Below, one piece after another: positions 9,201-20,121 of a stretch of 64,000 nucleotides of DNA. Each line of letters begins with the position of its first letter. The stretch's first letter is position 1. The notes beneath the pieces were generated by a model, which worked only from the letters and a program-made list of their open reading frames with translations, did not search any database and had not been told where the DNA came from. The DNA is from Clostridium sp. GTDB lineage: Bacteria; Bacillota; Clostridia; Clostridiales; Clostridiaceae. The DNA is taken from positions 732 to 64,731 of the forward strand of contig JBLHPD010000002.1 in the NCBI GenBank assembly GCA_047624165.1, read 5' to 3'. Made by a program: the position numbers and the translations under genes.

Positions 9201-10583
9201 TTATGTAATATATTCCAATGGACTGATTTTGACATCTAAATCTCGAATTTTTTCTCGATATACTTTAATTGCAAGGTACCCAGAAATTATTAAAGAACTT
9301 GCTTCTGATATTGGAAATGATATCCATATTCCGGTTAATCCAATTAAATTACTTAGAATAAATGCCAGTGGTAATAAAATAATAATCTGTCTTGCAAAAG
9401 ATATAATAAGGCTTACTTCTGCCTTACCAAGCGCTTGAAAAACCACTGAAAGAACTATTACTACCCCAGAGAACGTAAACCCTATACTGATAATTCTTAA
9501 ACACTCAATTCCAATTGATTCCATCTGTGGTGTACTGCTAAATAGCATAAGTAGTTGCCTTGGGAATATTACAAAAACAGTCGTACCAACCAGCATTATT
9601 GCGCACGCAAATATGCAACCATACTTGACAGTTTCCAGGACCCTATGCTTGTTTTTTGCGCCATAATTATAGCCAATTATAGGCATGAGCCCCTGTGTCA
9701 AACCGAATACAGGCATATATATAAAAGACTGTAATTTGAAGTATGCGCCAAATACTGCAACAGCAGTTCCAGAAAATCCTGCTAAAATCAAATTGATACC
9801 AGATACCATTATGGAATTTAACATTTGCATAAATATAGCAGGGATTCCAACTTTGAATATTTCAACTGTGATGTTGCTAGTATAATGAAATTTTTTTAAA
9901 TTTAGTTTTAGTCCATTGTTGTTTCTAAGTACGAGTTTAAGTGCATATAGCATAGCACATATTTGACCAACGACCGTTGCTATTGCTGCTCCCTTCACAC
10001 CTAATTCAGGGAAAAATAACAATCCGAAAATAAGAATTGGATCAAGAATAATGTTGGTTATCGCACCTAATAATTGTATTCTCATAGAACTTAACATGTC
10101 ACCAGTAGATCTTAAAATATTCATGCACACTTCTGATATAATGCTACCAAATGAAAACAACATAATAATTCGAGTATAATCTACTGTATATTTAATAACA
10201 ACAGGGTCGTCAGTAAACAGCTTAGAAAACATTTTGGGTACAAATGTTGAACAAATCGCAAGAAAAATTCCCAATACAATACCTATTGCAAATCCATGTT
10301 CTGCCGTATTTATCGCATCATCTTTGTTCCCCTCACCCAGTTTTCTTGACATAAATGAGTTAATTCCCACGCCAAATCCAACAAATATTGATACTATTAT
10401 TAATTGTATTGGAAAAGCTATGGATAAAGCAGTAAGCGCCTGCTCTGATATTTTTGCTACAAACATACTGTCTACAACATTATATAGCGCTTGCACAATC
10501 ATCGACAACATTGCTGGCAAAGACATTTTTATGATCAGCTTCTTTATATCCATATTCCCTAATTTATACATATTTTCTTTCAT
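9201..10583 (-). CDS. MATE family efflux transporter
   Basis: ALYNVVDSMFV, NIILDPILIFG..PELGVKGAAIAT, PIIGYNYGAK; ~12 TM. Confidence 0.93.
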   Translation of the reverse strand: MKENMYKLGNMDIKKLIIKMSLPAMLSMIVQALYNVVDSMFVAKISEQALTALSIAFPIQLIIVSIFVGFGVGINSFMSRKLGEGNKDDAINTAEHGFAIGIVLGIFLAICSTFVPKMFSKLFTDDPVVIKYTVDYTRIIMLFSFGSIISEVCMNILRSTGDMLSSMRIQLLGAITNIILDPILIFGLLFFPELGVKGAAIATVVGQICAMLYALKLVLRNNNGLKLNLKKFHYTSNITVEIFKVGIPAIFMQMLNSIMVSGINLILAGFSGTAVAVFGAYFKLQSFIYMPVFGLTQGLMPIIGYNYGAKNKHRVLETVKYGCIFACAIMLVGTTVFVIFPRQLLMLFSSTPQMESIGIECLRIISIGFTFSGVVIVLSVVFQALGKAEVSLIISFARQIIILLPLAFILSNLIGLTGIWISFPISEASSLIISGYLAIKVYREKIRDLDVKISPLEYIT

Positions 10584-10585
10584 TG

Positions 10586-11023
10586 TTAATACTCCTTCAA
10601 TATCTTTATATTATTTACCATTTTGGCTATTATACTTCTTATTTTTTCAATATCAGCACTAGGAATGTTATCAATGAGAATATCTTCCCATCCGTTCAAG
10701 ACTTCTGTAATGCTGGGCAATATATTTATTCCTTTAACGGTTAAATATATGCCCTTTTCTCGTCTATCATTTTCACTAACAACTCTATTAACATAATCAT
10801 ATTTTTCAAGATGGGTGATTATTTTCGTTATAGTGGCTTTATTAAATAAAAAGAATTCATTGATTTTAGTTTGATTATCCGCATTATTATCTCTTAAAAA
10901 TAACAATACTTCCGCTTGAACTTTATTTAGATTATATTTTTTTAACTTAACATCTACATAATTATTTTCGTTTCTATATAATATCGAAATATTTCTTCCT
11001 ATTATTTTACGTATATTTTCCAC
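10586..11023 (-). CDS. MarR family transcriptional regulator
   Basis: wHTH NKATITKIITHLEK..YVNR...DRR...LT.KG; 2 nt upstream of the MATE gene. Confidence 0.9.
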   Translation of the reverse strand: MENIRKIIGRNISILYRNENNYVDVKLKKYNLNKVQAEVLLFLRDNNADNQTKINEFFLFNKATITKIITHLEKYDYVNRVVSENDRREKGIYLTVKGINILPSITEVLNGWEDILIDNIPSADIEKIRSIIAKMVNNIKILKEY

Positions 11024-11030
11024 CTCCCAT

Positions 11031-11083
11031 AATAGTTGCCCAAGAAACCATTGTACTCCATAATGGGTTCTTGGGCAACTATT
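11031..11083 (-). promoter_or_regulatory. Double MarR-type operator at the marR-MATE promoter
   Basis: Inverted repeat AATAGTTGCCCAAGAA...TTCTTGGGCAACTATT overlapping TATAAT on the minus strand; the RBS-proximal arm is itself a GTT(G/T)C-N4-G(A/C)AAC quasi-palindrome and the distal arm an imperfect copy. Confidence 0.65.
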
Positions 11084-11208
11084 ATATCTATTATCAATGT
11101 ATAGAGAAAATTAGAAATTAATGTAAAAATATAATAATAGGATTAGCATATAATAAATTTAATGAATATAATAAAAAGATTTAAGTATTCATAAGAAAAA
11201 AGAGCCAA

Positions 11209-11358
11209 TTAGGCTCTTTTGTTTTGTTTATTATCTTTTGTATTGTCATTAACCTGTTCATTACTTAGCACTTTTGTAAGACCACCGGTCGCTGATTCAA
11301 TATTTAATTGAAAATTAGTTTTAGATTTTTTTGTTTCTTTAAACTTGTTTTTATTCAT
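11209..11358 (-). CDS. 49-aa hydrophilic small protein, possibly spore-associated (not in ORF track)
   Basis: SD GGAGGAG; MNKNKFKETKKSKTNFQLNIESATGGLTKVLSNEQVNDNTKDNKQNKRA; stop lies inside terminator 11198-11220. Confidence 0.6.
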   Translation of the reverse strand: MNKNKFKETKKSKTNFQLNIESATGGLTKVLSNEQVNDNTKDNKQNKRA

Positions 11359-11700
11359 AATTAGTCTCCTCCAATTTTACTGTATTTACTCAGTATTTGG
11401 TGCAAGTAACAGCACTATAAATACCTAGCATTTTTAATAGTATAACCAAAATGCAATCTCACTATTATTTTATCAGTAATTTTTTTGAAATGATCAATAT
11501 ATCTTCTGTTACGATATATAGAGGAAATTGGGAATCAATATAGAAATATAATTTATGAAATTTAAATAATTAGAGTGGTATATTTATGGTGTGAAAACAT
11601 ATAAGAAGATAACAGAAAAATTTAGCGAAGGGAACCCATTATTATAATGGATTCCCTTTTATATTTCTGAAAAACTTCTTACTTATACATTTTTTAAACT

Positions 11701-13695
11701 TTAAATTTTAAACTTATTGACCTCATCAAGCATTCCACTTGTCATAGTGCTAAGTATTTTTGCTGCCGATACTACTTCCTCTGTAGACGCATTCATCTCT
11801 TCGGATGATGCTGAAATTTCTTCTGAAGATGCTGAAACTTCAAGTGCAACTGACGACACTTCCTCAACTCTTGCCAATATAGAATTTTTATCTTTATCTA
11901 TACTATTAGCTGAGTTTTTTACGGTTTCTATTTTAGGAATTACTTCACTTACTGATTCTATAATTTTTCTAAAAGATATTATTGAACTATTTATAATATC
12001 AACTTGATTTATAAGTTCATCGTCCATAATTAGAGAATCTTGAACTATAACATCAGTCTCTTTTGATATAACACTAATTAACTGACTAATATTTTCAGAT
12101 GATACCTTTGATTGCTCAGCAAGTTTTCTTATCTCATCAGCTACCACAGAAAATCCTCGTCCTGATTCTCCCGCTCTTGCTGCCTCAATAGCAGCATTTA
12201 ATGCTAATAAGTTTGTTTGCTCTGCAATACTATTTATTATATTAGTAATATCATTTATTTTGTTTATATCCTTCCCAAGCCCAATAATTTTGCCGTTAAA
12301 AGTCTTAAATGAATCCCCAACTTTTGTTACAGACTCATTTAATTTATTCATATCTCCGCTAGACTCGTTTGCCCTTAAACTAATTTCTCTAGAAGTTGAA
12401 TCTACAACTTGTATTTCACTGACCATTCCAGACAACTTATTGCTAAATTCATTGAGAATATCAGTTACATTTATTAAATCCTCTGCTTGCGTACCTGTTC
12501 CTTGTGCAATTTCATTTATTGCAAGAGCAACATTTTCTGATGCACTTGAAATCTCATCTGCAACTGAAGATAGGTTACCTGATTGCACATTAACATTTAA
12601 AGAATTTTCCTTTATCCTAGTAATCATTTGTCTTAGTGACTGTTGCATTGTTTTCATTGAATTTGTCATATCTCCAATTTCATCCTTTAGCTTTAAATAT
12701 TTAGGTGAAATCTCTAGACTTAAATTACCTTTTGCTAATAAATCCAAATGTTTTGATGTTGATTTTATTCCTTTGGATATACTGCTTGCAATTATATATA
12801 CTACTGCAAATCCAATTAATATAAATATTATGGATGATATTATAGTAGATATCTTCAGGCTATCCAGTTCAGATAGTATCTCTGTGCCAGAAACTACAAC
12901 TGCGACTGACCACTCAGTTCCACTTACAGGAGCATATCCTACGTATTTATCTACACCAGCGAATTTGTATTCACCTATTCCAGTTTTACCTTGAGCCATC
13001 AACTTTTCAATATTTACTAAATCTAATAAAGAATCATCTTTTTTAGCCTCTTCAATAGCATTATACATTTTTGTAACTAAATCTTTATTGCTATGTGCAA
13101 TAGTTGTTCCATCCTTTGTTATCATAAATGCATTACCGGTTTCTCCGAATTTGACCTGATTAGTTAATACACTTAACTTATTACTGTCTCCTGTTGAAAT
13201 CAGTACTCCATTAACTTCATTATTATTTATAATCGGAACTGCATATACCACCACTATTTGTCCATTTGCTTTACTTTTTAATGGATTCGATACATTATTT
13301 TCACCTGATAATGCTTTTTGAAAATATACCCTATCCTTAATGTTAGTGCTTGTTCCATCGGTGTATTTTATATCACCATTTTTATCTGCAATACCCATCT
13401 TTAAGTTTCCACTTCTTTTAACCTCTTCTAAAAAAATTGGCATTTTCTTTTCTAGTGTAATTTTAAGATCCTTTATATCATTTCTTGACGCTATAACCGC
13501 TAATGCATTTAACTGACCTTCAACCCTTCCTTGAATGTTACTTGCTGATTGTTCTGCAATCTTAGGTAAAGTTTTCCCTAGATTAGAGGTTAGGGCCTTA
13601 TTCGAGTTTATGAAAGATACTATAGCAAGTCCTAAACACATAACCCCCATTAATAGCCCTAAAGATAATAGTAGTTTTGATTTTATACTCTTCAT
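11701..13695 (-). CDS. Methyl-accepting chemotaxis protein with dCache sensor and HAMP domains
   Basis: Two TM segments, Cache motifs, [37 protein letters not shown]; SD AGGAGG before ATG 13695. Confidence 0.95.
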   Translation of the reverse strand: MKSIKSKLLLSLGLLMGVMCLGLAIVSFINSNKALTSNLGKTLPKIAEQSASNIQGRVEGQLNALAVIASRNDIKDLKITLEKKMPIFLEEVKRSGNLKMGIADKNGDIKYTDGTSTNIKDRVYFQKALSGENNVSNPLKSKANGQIVVVYAVPIINNNEVNGVLISTGDSNKLSVLTNQVKFGETGNAFMITKDGTTIAHSNKDLVTKMYNAIEEAKKDDSLLDLVNIEKLMAQGKTGIGEYKFAGVDKYVGYAPVSGTEWSVAVVVSGTEILSELDSLKISTIISSIIFILIGFAVVYIIASSISKGIKSTSKHLDLLAKGNLSLEISPKYLKLKDEIGDMTNSMKTMQQSLRQMITRIKENSLNVNVQSGNLSSVADEISSASENVALAINEIAQGTGTQAEDLINVTDILNEFSNKLSGMVSEIQVVDSTSREISLRANESSGDMNKLNESVTKVGDSFKTFNGKIIGLGKDINKINDITNIINSIAEQTNLLALNAAIEAARAGESGRGFSVVADEIRKLAEQSKVSSENISQLISVISKETDVIVQDSLIMDDELINQVDIINSSIISFRKIIESVSEVIPKIETVKNSANSIDKDKNSILARVEEVSSVALEVSASSEEISASSEEMNASTEEVVSAAKILSTMTSGMLDEVNKFKI

Positions 13696-14165
13696 ACTTT
13701 CCTCCTTTGTTATTGTCATTGACTCTTATCTTTTCTAATTAAAATTCAATCTTATCAAATAAAGTTCAATATTCATTTTATATATTTCGTTATAATAACC
13801 TAATACTTTATCCTATTCCGCAATATTTTTTATAATTTCTATTGTTTTATCGTATATTAATACAAAAATTTCTTTTTATGTGCATATTTCTTGAAATTTT
13901 TCTTAAAACTAATATTAACTAGTAAGTTAGCTGTTGTTATAATTTGTTGTTTAATTGAAACTATCCACATTAACATTTAACTTCATAGGTCTATTGTGGA
14001 TAGATTTGTTAATGATTTTATTGTTGTTATTATGAAGGGCATATAAACTAAGCAAGGATTACTATATATAAGAGGGGTCACATACATTTCATAGATTTGG
14101 GTATATTAATATTGGAATATCTATTTTTAAGATGCAAAATATTTTTTATAAGGGAAGATCCTACA

Positions 14166-14321
14166 ATGGCGCATATAGACAAAAAAAATAACCAACAAGG
14201 CAAAAAACTTAATCAAAAGACAAAGAGTGAATTAGACAAAATGAATGTAGAAGCTGCTAATGAAATAGGATTTTCTAAATTATCTAAAAAATATGGAAAA
14301 GATAAAAATAAGTATTCATAG
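14166..14321 (+). CDS. Small acid-soluble spore protein-like (N-terminal half of alpha/beta SASP)
   Basis: ELDKMNVEAANEIG resembles the SASP helix 1/GPR site (LDQMKYEIASEFG); 51 aa. Confidence 0.55.
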   Translation: MAHIDKKNNQQGKKLNQKTKSELDKMNVEAANEIGFSKLSKKYGKDKNKYS

Positions 14322-14367
14322 ATAGCAGAAGGGAGATGTAATAAGACATCTCCCTTCTGCTATCTAT
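14318..14367. terminator. Hairpin between convergent genes, probable bidirectional terminator
   Basis: Perfect 22-bp inverted repeat ATAGATAGCAGAAGGGAGATGT / ACATCTCCCTTCTGCTATCTAT. Confidence 0.75.
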
Positions 14368-14369
14368 AT

Positions 14370-14591
14370 TTAATCTTCTATCTTGAAAGTGAGACCATGT
14401 TCAATAAGCTTCTTTTTTATTATTGTAAGTGCCCTAGGTCCGAATCCATGAAAAGCAATCAATTCCTCTTCTTTATACAGAGTTAACTGTTCTAATGTTT
14501 CAATCCCTGCTCTTTGTAGTACTCTTTGAGCAGGTTGACTAATTTTATCTGAATTTATTAAAATACTAATTAGTAGATGTTCATTTCTCAT
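14370..14591 (-). CDS. Stand-alone RNA polymerase alpha-CTD-like helix-hairpin-helix protein
   Basis: ISQPAQRVLQRAGIETLEQL....EEELIAFHGFGPRAL..IKKKL...GL; SD AAGGAG before ATG 14591. Confidence 0.75.
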   Translation of the reverse strand: MRNEHLLISILINSDKISQPAQRVLQRAGIETLEQLTLYKEEELIAFHGFGPRALTIIKKKLIEHGLTFKIED

Positions 14592-14877
14592 GATTTTCTC
14601 CTTTATATTTAACAGATTTATATATTTATATAATAGCATAAATAAATTATTGTTTATTAATCAAAAGGTAAATTTTTTAATAAAACGCTATAATAAAATA
14701 GTTATATATAAACAATTTGAGATAAAAATGGTATAATTAAATTAGTTTATTTTGTGTATGCTGGTGGTTATATCATACTCATAGTTACTTTAGTATATTG
14801 GGTAGCGCCTACATCAATTTGTAAGTCGATTTATTATAATGAAAATAAAGATGAAAAAAGAATAAGAGGTGCATAAA

Positions 14878-17391
14878 ATGAAGGTATATCTTTTCAAAAT
14901 ACTTTCTTTCTTTAAAAGCATAAGAAGTCGGATAATACTTTCTATAGCACTAACAGCTGTTATATCCTCCCTATTAGTCGGATTTTTAAGTATAAAATTC
15001 AGTACGACAACAATAGAGGATGAGGCGAATCAGAAGCTAAGCTATATGGCAAAATCCTATGCCAATTTTTTGGATGGATACTTTAGTGAAGTTTCAAAAG
15101 TAGTAAATATATTGTATTATGATTTACAAAATAATATAGATAGATCTAAAATCCATGATGATAAATACATAGAACAGTTAATAAAACGTATAGAGTCGAC
15201 AGTTAAAATGCAAGCTCAGAACTCTTCTCAGGGAAAAACCGCATATGTATATTTTAATCCTAGGCTTACAGGCAAGGTGCATGATGTATATTATGCAGAT
15301 CAGGATGGAGACGGTAATGTTGAACGGCAAAGCGTAGTGCCTATGGAATATTATACTGATAATTTCAATATCACTGAGGATAAATCCTGGTGGTTCACAC
15401 CTGTTTCTACACATAGGGATTATTGGGGTAAGCCTTATAATTGGAAGATGGATAATGGGAAAGTGGTAGAATTTATGTCCTATACAAGGGCTATATATCT
15501 GGGGAATGAACTCTTGTGTGTGGTAGGTAGTGATTTTACATATGATAATATAAGAGAAAAAATAGATAGTATAAAAATATATAGGTCAGGTTTTGCATTC
15601 CTTCTTAACAGTAATTATGAGATAATATCCTACCCATTATATAAAGGAAATGAAAATATTGCAGACATTAATAAAGACCAATTTAAACAAAGTATTGATA
15701 ATTTAAAAGAAGAGGATACATCTATAATAAAGTATAAATCCACTGATGGCAGTAAAAAGGTAACATCACTGGCAAAAATGAGTAATGGTTGGATTATCGG
15801 GATGACTGCAGATGAGAAGGAAATACTCAGTAGGATGATTTCTTTAAGGGGATTTCTATATATTCTAATAGGAATTCTATCAATACTTTCAATATTACTA
15901 TCCCTTCGTTTGGGTAATAAGATATCAAAACCTATAATTGCAATTTCGAACATAGTTAGAAATGTTGGAGATTCAAATTATAGAGTAGATATTCCTGGGG
16001 AATACTTGCAGCGAAAGGATGAAATAGGAATACTCTCGGTATCAATAAAGACAATGAGTGAGAAGATTACTGATGATCTTGAAGAGATAAACTATCAGAA
16101 CAATATACTTAAGTACGATGCACTGACAAATGCTACAAAGAAGGATTATTTCAGACAGCTGGTAAATACATATATTAATGATACTGAGCAAAGTATACAT
16201 AATGCAGCAATGATGATAATTAATATTGATAACTTCAGGGTAATAAATGAAACCATGAGTTATGATACAGGGAATATGCTTCTGTGCGAAATAGCTAGGA
16301 GATTATTTTCAAATATTAGTAAATTAGATTTACTATCAAGAACAGATGGAGACGAGTTTACCATATTTTTCAAAAAAATAGAGGATTCGAAGGACATGAC
16401 ACATAGAATTGATATGATTTTTTTATTATTCAATAATCCGTTTAATGTATATAGTGAAGAAATTTTTGTATCAATAAGTGCTGGAATAAGTATTTACCCA
16501 GATGATAGTTGCTACCATGATGAACTATTTAAAAATGCATGCTCAGCAGTGAATCATGTAAAATCAAATAAAAAGAATAGGTATGAGTTCTACCAAAGGA
16601 GTATAAATAAAATAACTACAGAAAATTACGAGATAATTAATAATTTAAGGTATGCACTCAGCAGGGATGAATTTGAATTATATTATCAGCCACAGATAGA
16701 TATTCAAAAAAATATGTTTATAGGAGTTGAAGCACTATTAAGATGGAATAGCCCTAAGGGGAGAATACCCCCAAGTAAATTTATTCCCCTTGCAGAAGAA
16801 AGCAATATTATAATACCTATTGGAGAATGGGTTTTAAGTGAAGCATGCAAAATGGGCGTTAAATTAATGGATTTGGGCTTCAAAGTTAAAGTTGGAGTTA
16901 ATATTTCTGCCATGCAATTTAAAGAGATATATCTTGTCGAATTAATTAAAAATACATTCAAGGAAACTGGCCTTCCACCAAGTTTTCTTGATATTGAAAT
17001 AACAGAAAGCATTTTGATGGATAATAGTATTATTACAGAACAAATACTCAAAAAACTTAAAGATATGGGGGTAGGATTATCCATTGATGATTTTGGTACA
17101 GGATATTCATCACTTGCATATCTGAAAAATTATGTTGTAGACAAACTGAAAATAGACAGATCATTTATAAAAGATATACCATATAATGATGATGGAACAA
17201 TTGCAAAAGCAATAATAAATCTTTCAAAGGGTTTAGGAATAAAAGTAATTGCTGAAGGTATAGAAGAAAAGGAGCAACTTGAATTTCTTCTAAAAAACGG
17301 TTGCGATGAAGTTCAGGGCTATTATTATTCCAAACCGATTCCAGAAGATGAAATTATTGCCTATATAAGAGAATTTGACACCAAAAACTGA
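14878..17391 (+). CDS. dCache-HAMP-GGDEF(degenerate)-EAL protein, probable c-di-GMP phosphodiesterase
   Basis: EALLRW, DDFGTGYSSL, AEGIE, QGYY intact; GGDEF motif reads DGDEF with NIDNFR. Confidence 0.92.
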   Translation: MKVYLFKILSFFKSIRSRIILSIALTAVISSLLVGFLSIKFSTTTIEDEANQKLSYMAKSYANFLDGYFSEVSKVVNILYYDLQNNIDRSKIHDDKYIEQLIKRIESTVKMQAQNSSQGKTAYVYFNPRLTGKVHDVYYADQDGDGNVERQSVVPMEYYTDNFNITEDKSWWFTPVSTHRDYWGKPYNWKMDNGKVVEFMSYTRAIYLGNELLCVVGSDFTYDNIREKIDSIKIYRSGFAFLLNSNYEIISYPLYKGNENIADINKDQFKQSIDNLKEEDTSIIKYKSTDGSKKVTSLAKMSNGWIIGMTADEKEILSRMISLRGFLYILIGILSILSILLSLRLGNKISKPIIAISNIVRNVGDSNYRVDIPGEYLQRKDEIGILSVSIKTMSEKITDDLEEINYQNNILKYDALTNATKKDYFRQLVNTYINDTEQSIHNAAMMIINIDNFRVINETMSYDTGNMLLCEIARRLFSNISKLDLLSRTDGDEFTIFFKKIEDSKDMTHRIDMIFLLFNNPFNVYSEEIFVSISAGISIYPDDSCYHDELFKNACSAVNHVKSNKKNRYEFYQRSINKITTENYEIINNLRYALSRDEFELYYQPQIDIQKNMFIGVEALLRWNSPKGRIPPSKFIPLAEESNIIIPIGEWVLSEACKMGVKLMDLGFKVKVGVNISAMQFKEIYLVELIKNTFKETGLPPSFLDIEITESILMDNSIITEQILKKLKDMGVGLSIDDFGTGYSSLAYLKNYVVDKLKIDRSFIKDIPYNDDGTIAKAIINLSKGLGIKVIAEGIEEKEQLEFLLKNGCDEVQGYYYSKPIPEDEIIAYIREFDTKN

Positions 17392-17422
17392 TATATGGTA
17401 GATACACATGGAGGTGAAGGTA

Positions 17423-18880
17423 ATGGAACAAATATATGACGTAGTTATTATTGGTTCAGGAGTTATAGGAAGTGCAGTCGCAAGGGAAATAGCAAGATAT
17501 GATTTGAAAATAGCTGTACTTGAAAAGGAACTGGATGTTTGCCTTGAAACAAGTGGTAGAAATTCAGGGGTATTACATGCCGGGTTTAATAATATTCAGG
17601 GATCTCTTATGGCTAAGTACTGTGTAGAGGGAAACTTGGGGTTTGATAAGGTAGCGAAAGAACTGGATATTCCCTTTAATAGAACAGGTAAAATTGTAGT
17701 TGGATTTAATGAAGATGATAAGGTGAAACTTAGGCAGTTAAAAGAACAAGGGGATAAAAATGGTGTTCCTGGTTTAGAAATCATAGGAAAAGACAGAATA
17801 AAAGAATTAGCACCTTATGTAGATGGTGAGTTTGCTATGTATTCACCGTCAACGGGAATATTTAATCCTTTTATCTATACAATAGCATTGGCAGAAAATG
17901 CATATAAAAATGGAGTAGATTTTCATTTGGATAATAAAGTAATGGGTATAAATAGAGAAGAAGATATTTATAAAATTAAAACGATAAAAGATACATATAA
18001 AACTAAATGGATAATAAATTGTGCAGGATTAAATTCCGATAAAATTGCAAGGATGATGGGTATCGAAGATTACACGATTTATCCATGTCGAGGAGAGTAC
18101 TTTGTATTAGATCAAAAGGTAGGAGACTATCTAAAAATACCTGTTTACCCTGTTCCAAATATTAAAGAAGGAGGACTTGGTATTCATCTTACGCCTACAA
18201 TGGATGGAAACATACTCATAGGACCTAGTACTCAGTATATTGATGAAAGAAATGATTATTCTGCCACTAAGGAAATAATGGACTTATTAATAAGAGATGG
18301 AGAAAGGATATTTCCTTATATAAAAAGAGAATTCTTTATTCGAAATTTTACTGGAATAAGACCTAAACTTGTAAGCCAAAGTAAGGGTGGATATGCTGAT
18401 TTTGTAATAGAGGAAAAAGAAGAAATACCTAATGTAATAAATCTTATTGGAATAGAGTCCCCTGGATTAACAAGTGCATTGCCAATAGCTAGAAGAGTAG
18501 TAGAACTTTTGGGACGAAAATTATCATTGATAGAAAAAGATAATTTTGACCCTTATAAAAAAGGAATACTGTGTTTTAAAGACCAAACGGAAGAAAAGAA
18601 AAGAGAACTAATAAAAAGTAACCCGAATTATGGTGAAATTATTTGTAGATGTGAAACTATAACCAAACAAGAAATTTTAGAAGCAATTAATAATCCACTT
18701 AATGTAGAAACTGTTATCGGCGTGAAAAATAGAACAAGGGCCATGATGGGAAGATGTCAGGGAGGATATTGCCAGACTAGAATTGTAGAGTTAATCATGA
18801 AAGAAAAGAATAAGAAGGAAGAAGAAGTTACCTATGCTCGGAAAAATGGAAATATGTTCGTGGGGAAGGTGAGGAACTAA
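17423..18880 (+). CDS. FAD-dependent oxidoreductase, GlpA/LhgO-like, with C-terminal BFD-like [2Fe-2S] domain
   Basis: GSGVIG, TSGRNSGVLHAG, PCRGEY, GIESPGLT, ICRCE...MGRCQGGYC. Confidence 0.9.
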   Translation: MEQIYDVVIIGSGVIGSAVAREIARYDLKIAVLEKELDVCLETSGRNSGVLHAGFNNIQGSLMAKYCVEGNLGFDKVAKELDIPFNRTGKIVVGFNEDDKVKLRQLKEQGDKNGVPGLEIIGKDRIKELAPYVDGEFAMYSPSTGIFNPFIYTIALAENAYKNGVDFHLDNKVMGINREEDIYKIKTIKDTYKTKWIINCAGLNSDKIARMMGIEDYTIYPCRGEYFVLDQKVGDYLKIPVYPVPNIKEGGLGIHLTPTMDGNILIGPSTQYIDERNDYSATKEIMDLLIRDGERIFPYIKREFFIRNFTGIRPKLVSQSKGGYADFVIEEKEEIPNVINLIGIESPGLTSALPIARRVVELLGRKLSLIEKDNFDPYKKGILCFKDQTEEKKRELIKSNPNYGEIICRCETITKQEILEAINNPLNVETVIGVKNRTRAMMGRCQGGYCQTRIVELIMKEKNKKEEEVTYARKNGNMFVGKVRN

Positions 18881-20121
18881 TGGCTATTAATAAAGATGTG
18901 GTCATTATTGGTGGAGGTCCTGCGGGACTTGCTGCAGCAGTGAAATTAAAACAGCAGGGAATAAATGATATATTGATTATTGAAAGGGAAAAACTTCCTG
19001 GGGGAATACTTAGACAATGTATACATGATGGGTTTGGTATGACAAGATTCAAAGAAGCATTAAGTGGACCGGAATATGCTGCTAAATTTATAGAAAAAGT
19101 AGAGAATATGGGCATAGAGTATATTACAAATACAACAGTACTTTCGATTACGCCGAACAAAAGAATAATAACTGCATCTAGTGAGGGGCTGATTGAATAT
19201 AATGTGAAAGCAGTCGTCATTACAACAGGATGTAGAGAAAGAACAAGAGGCGCCATAAGTATACCAGGAACAAGGCCGGCAGGTGTTTATACAGCTGGAG
19301 TAGTCCAAGCTTATGTAAATCTTAGAAATATTATGGTAGGTAAAAAGGTAATCATATTGGGATCAGGAGATATAGGCTTAATCATGGCGAGGCGTATGAC
19401 CCTTGAAGGTGCGAAGGTAAAAGCAGTTTTTGAAGTGCTGCCTTATGCTAGTGGACTACAAAGGAATATTGAACAATGTTTAAATGATTATAATATACCC
19501 TTATACTTAAGTCATACTGTAACAAATATCAAAGGTAATAAGAGGATTTATGGTATTACAGTAAGCCGAGTTGATGAGAATATGAAACCTATACCCGGAA
19601 CCCAGAAAGATTATGAGTGTGATACCCTGATATTATCAGTAGGACTTATACCTGAAAATGAACTCTCACTTATGGCAGGGGTAGAACTAGACAATAGAAC
19701 AAAAGGGGCTATCGTAGATGAAAACTATCAAACAAATATTGAGGGCATATTTGCAGCAGGAAATGTTCTTCATGTTCATGATTTAGTGGATTTCGTTTCA
19801 ATAGAAGCAGAAAGCCTAGCAGAGGCAGTAGCGGATTATATTAAAAAAGGTGAATTACCTAACTGTAATATAGAAATAGAGACAGACAATAATGTCAGTC
19901 ATACTATCCCTCAAAAAATAAGTGGTCAAAAGGATTTCAAACTATCAATGAGAGTAAAAAAACCATTTAAAAATTGTAGAGTAGAGATTTTACAAAATGA
20001 TCATATAGTAAAATCAATAAAAATGAGAAAAGCAATTCCAGCAGAAATGATACAAATAGAAGTTAAAAGAGAAGACCTAAAATCATTAGATAACTTAAAG
20101 GTGGTTGTTAAAAATGATTAG
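18880..20121 (+). CDS. NAD(P)/FAD-dependent pyridine nucleotide-disulfide oxidoreductase (partner subunit)
   Basis: GGGPAG, GGILRQCIHDGFG, TGCRERTRG, GSGDIG, GNVLHVHDLVD; start overlaps the upstream stop. Confidence 0.9.
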   Translation: MAINKDVVIIGGGPAGLAAAVKLKQQGINDILIIEREKLPGGILRQCIHDGFGMTRFKEALSGPEYAAKFIEKVENMGIEYITNTTVLSITPNKRIITASSEGLIEYNVKAVVITTGCRERTRGAISIPGTRPAGVYTAGVVQAYVNLRNIMVGKKVIILGSGDIGLIMARRMTLEGAKVKAVFEVLPYASGLQRNIEQCLNDYNIPLYLSHTVTNIKGNKRIYGITVSRVDENMKPIPGTQKDYECDTLILSVGLIPENELSLMAGVELDNRTKGAIVDENYQTNIEGIFAAGNVLHVHDLVDFVSIEAESLAEAVADYIKKGELPNCNIEIETDNNVSHTIPQKISGQKDFKLSMRVKKPFKNCRVEILQNDHIVKSIKMRKAIPAEMIQIEVKREDLKSLDNLKVVVKND

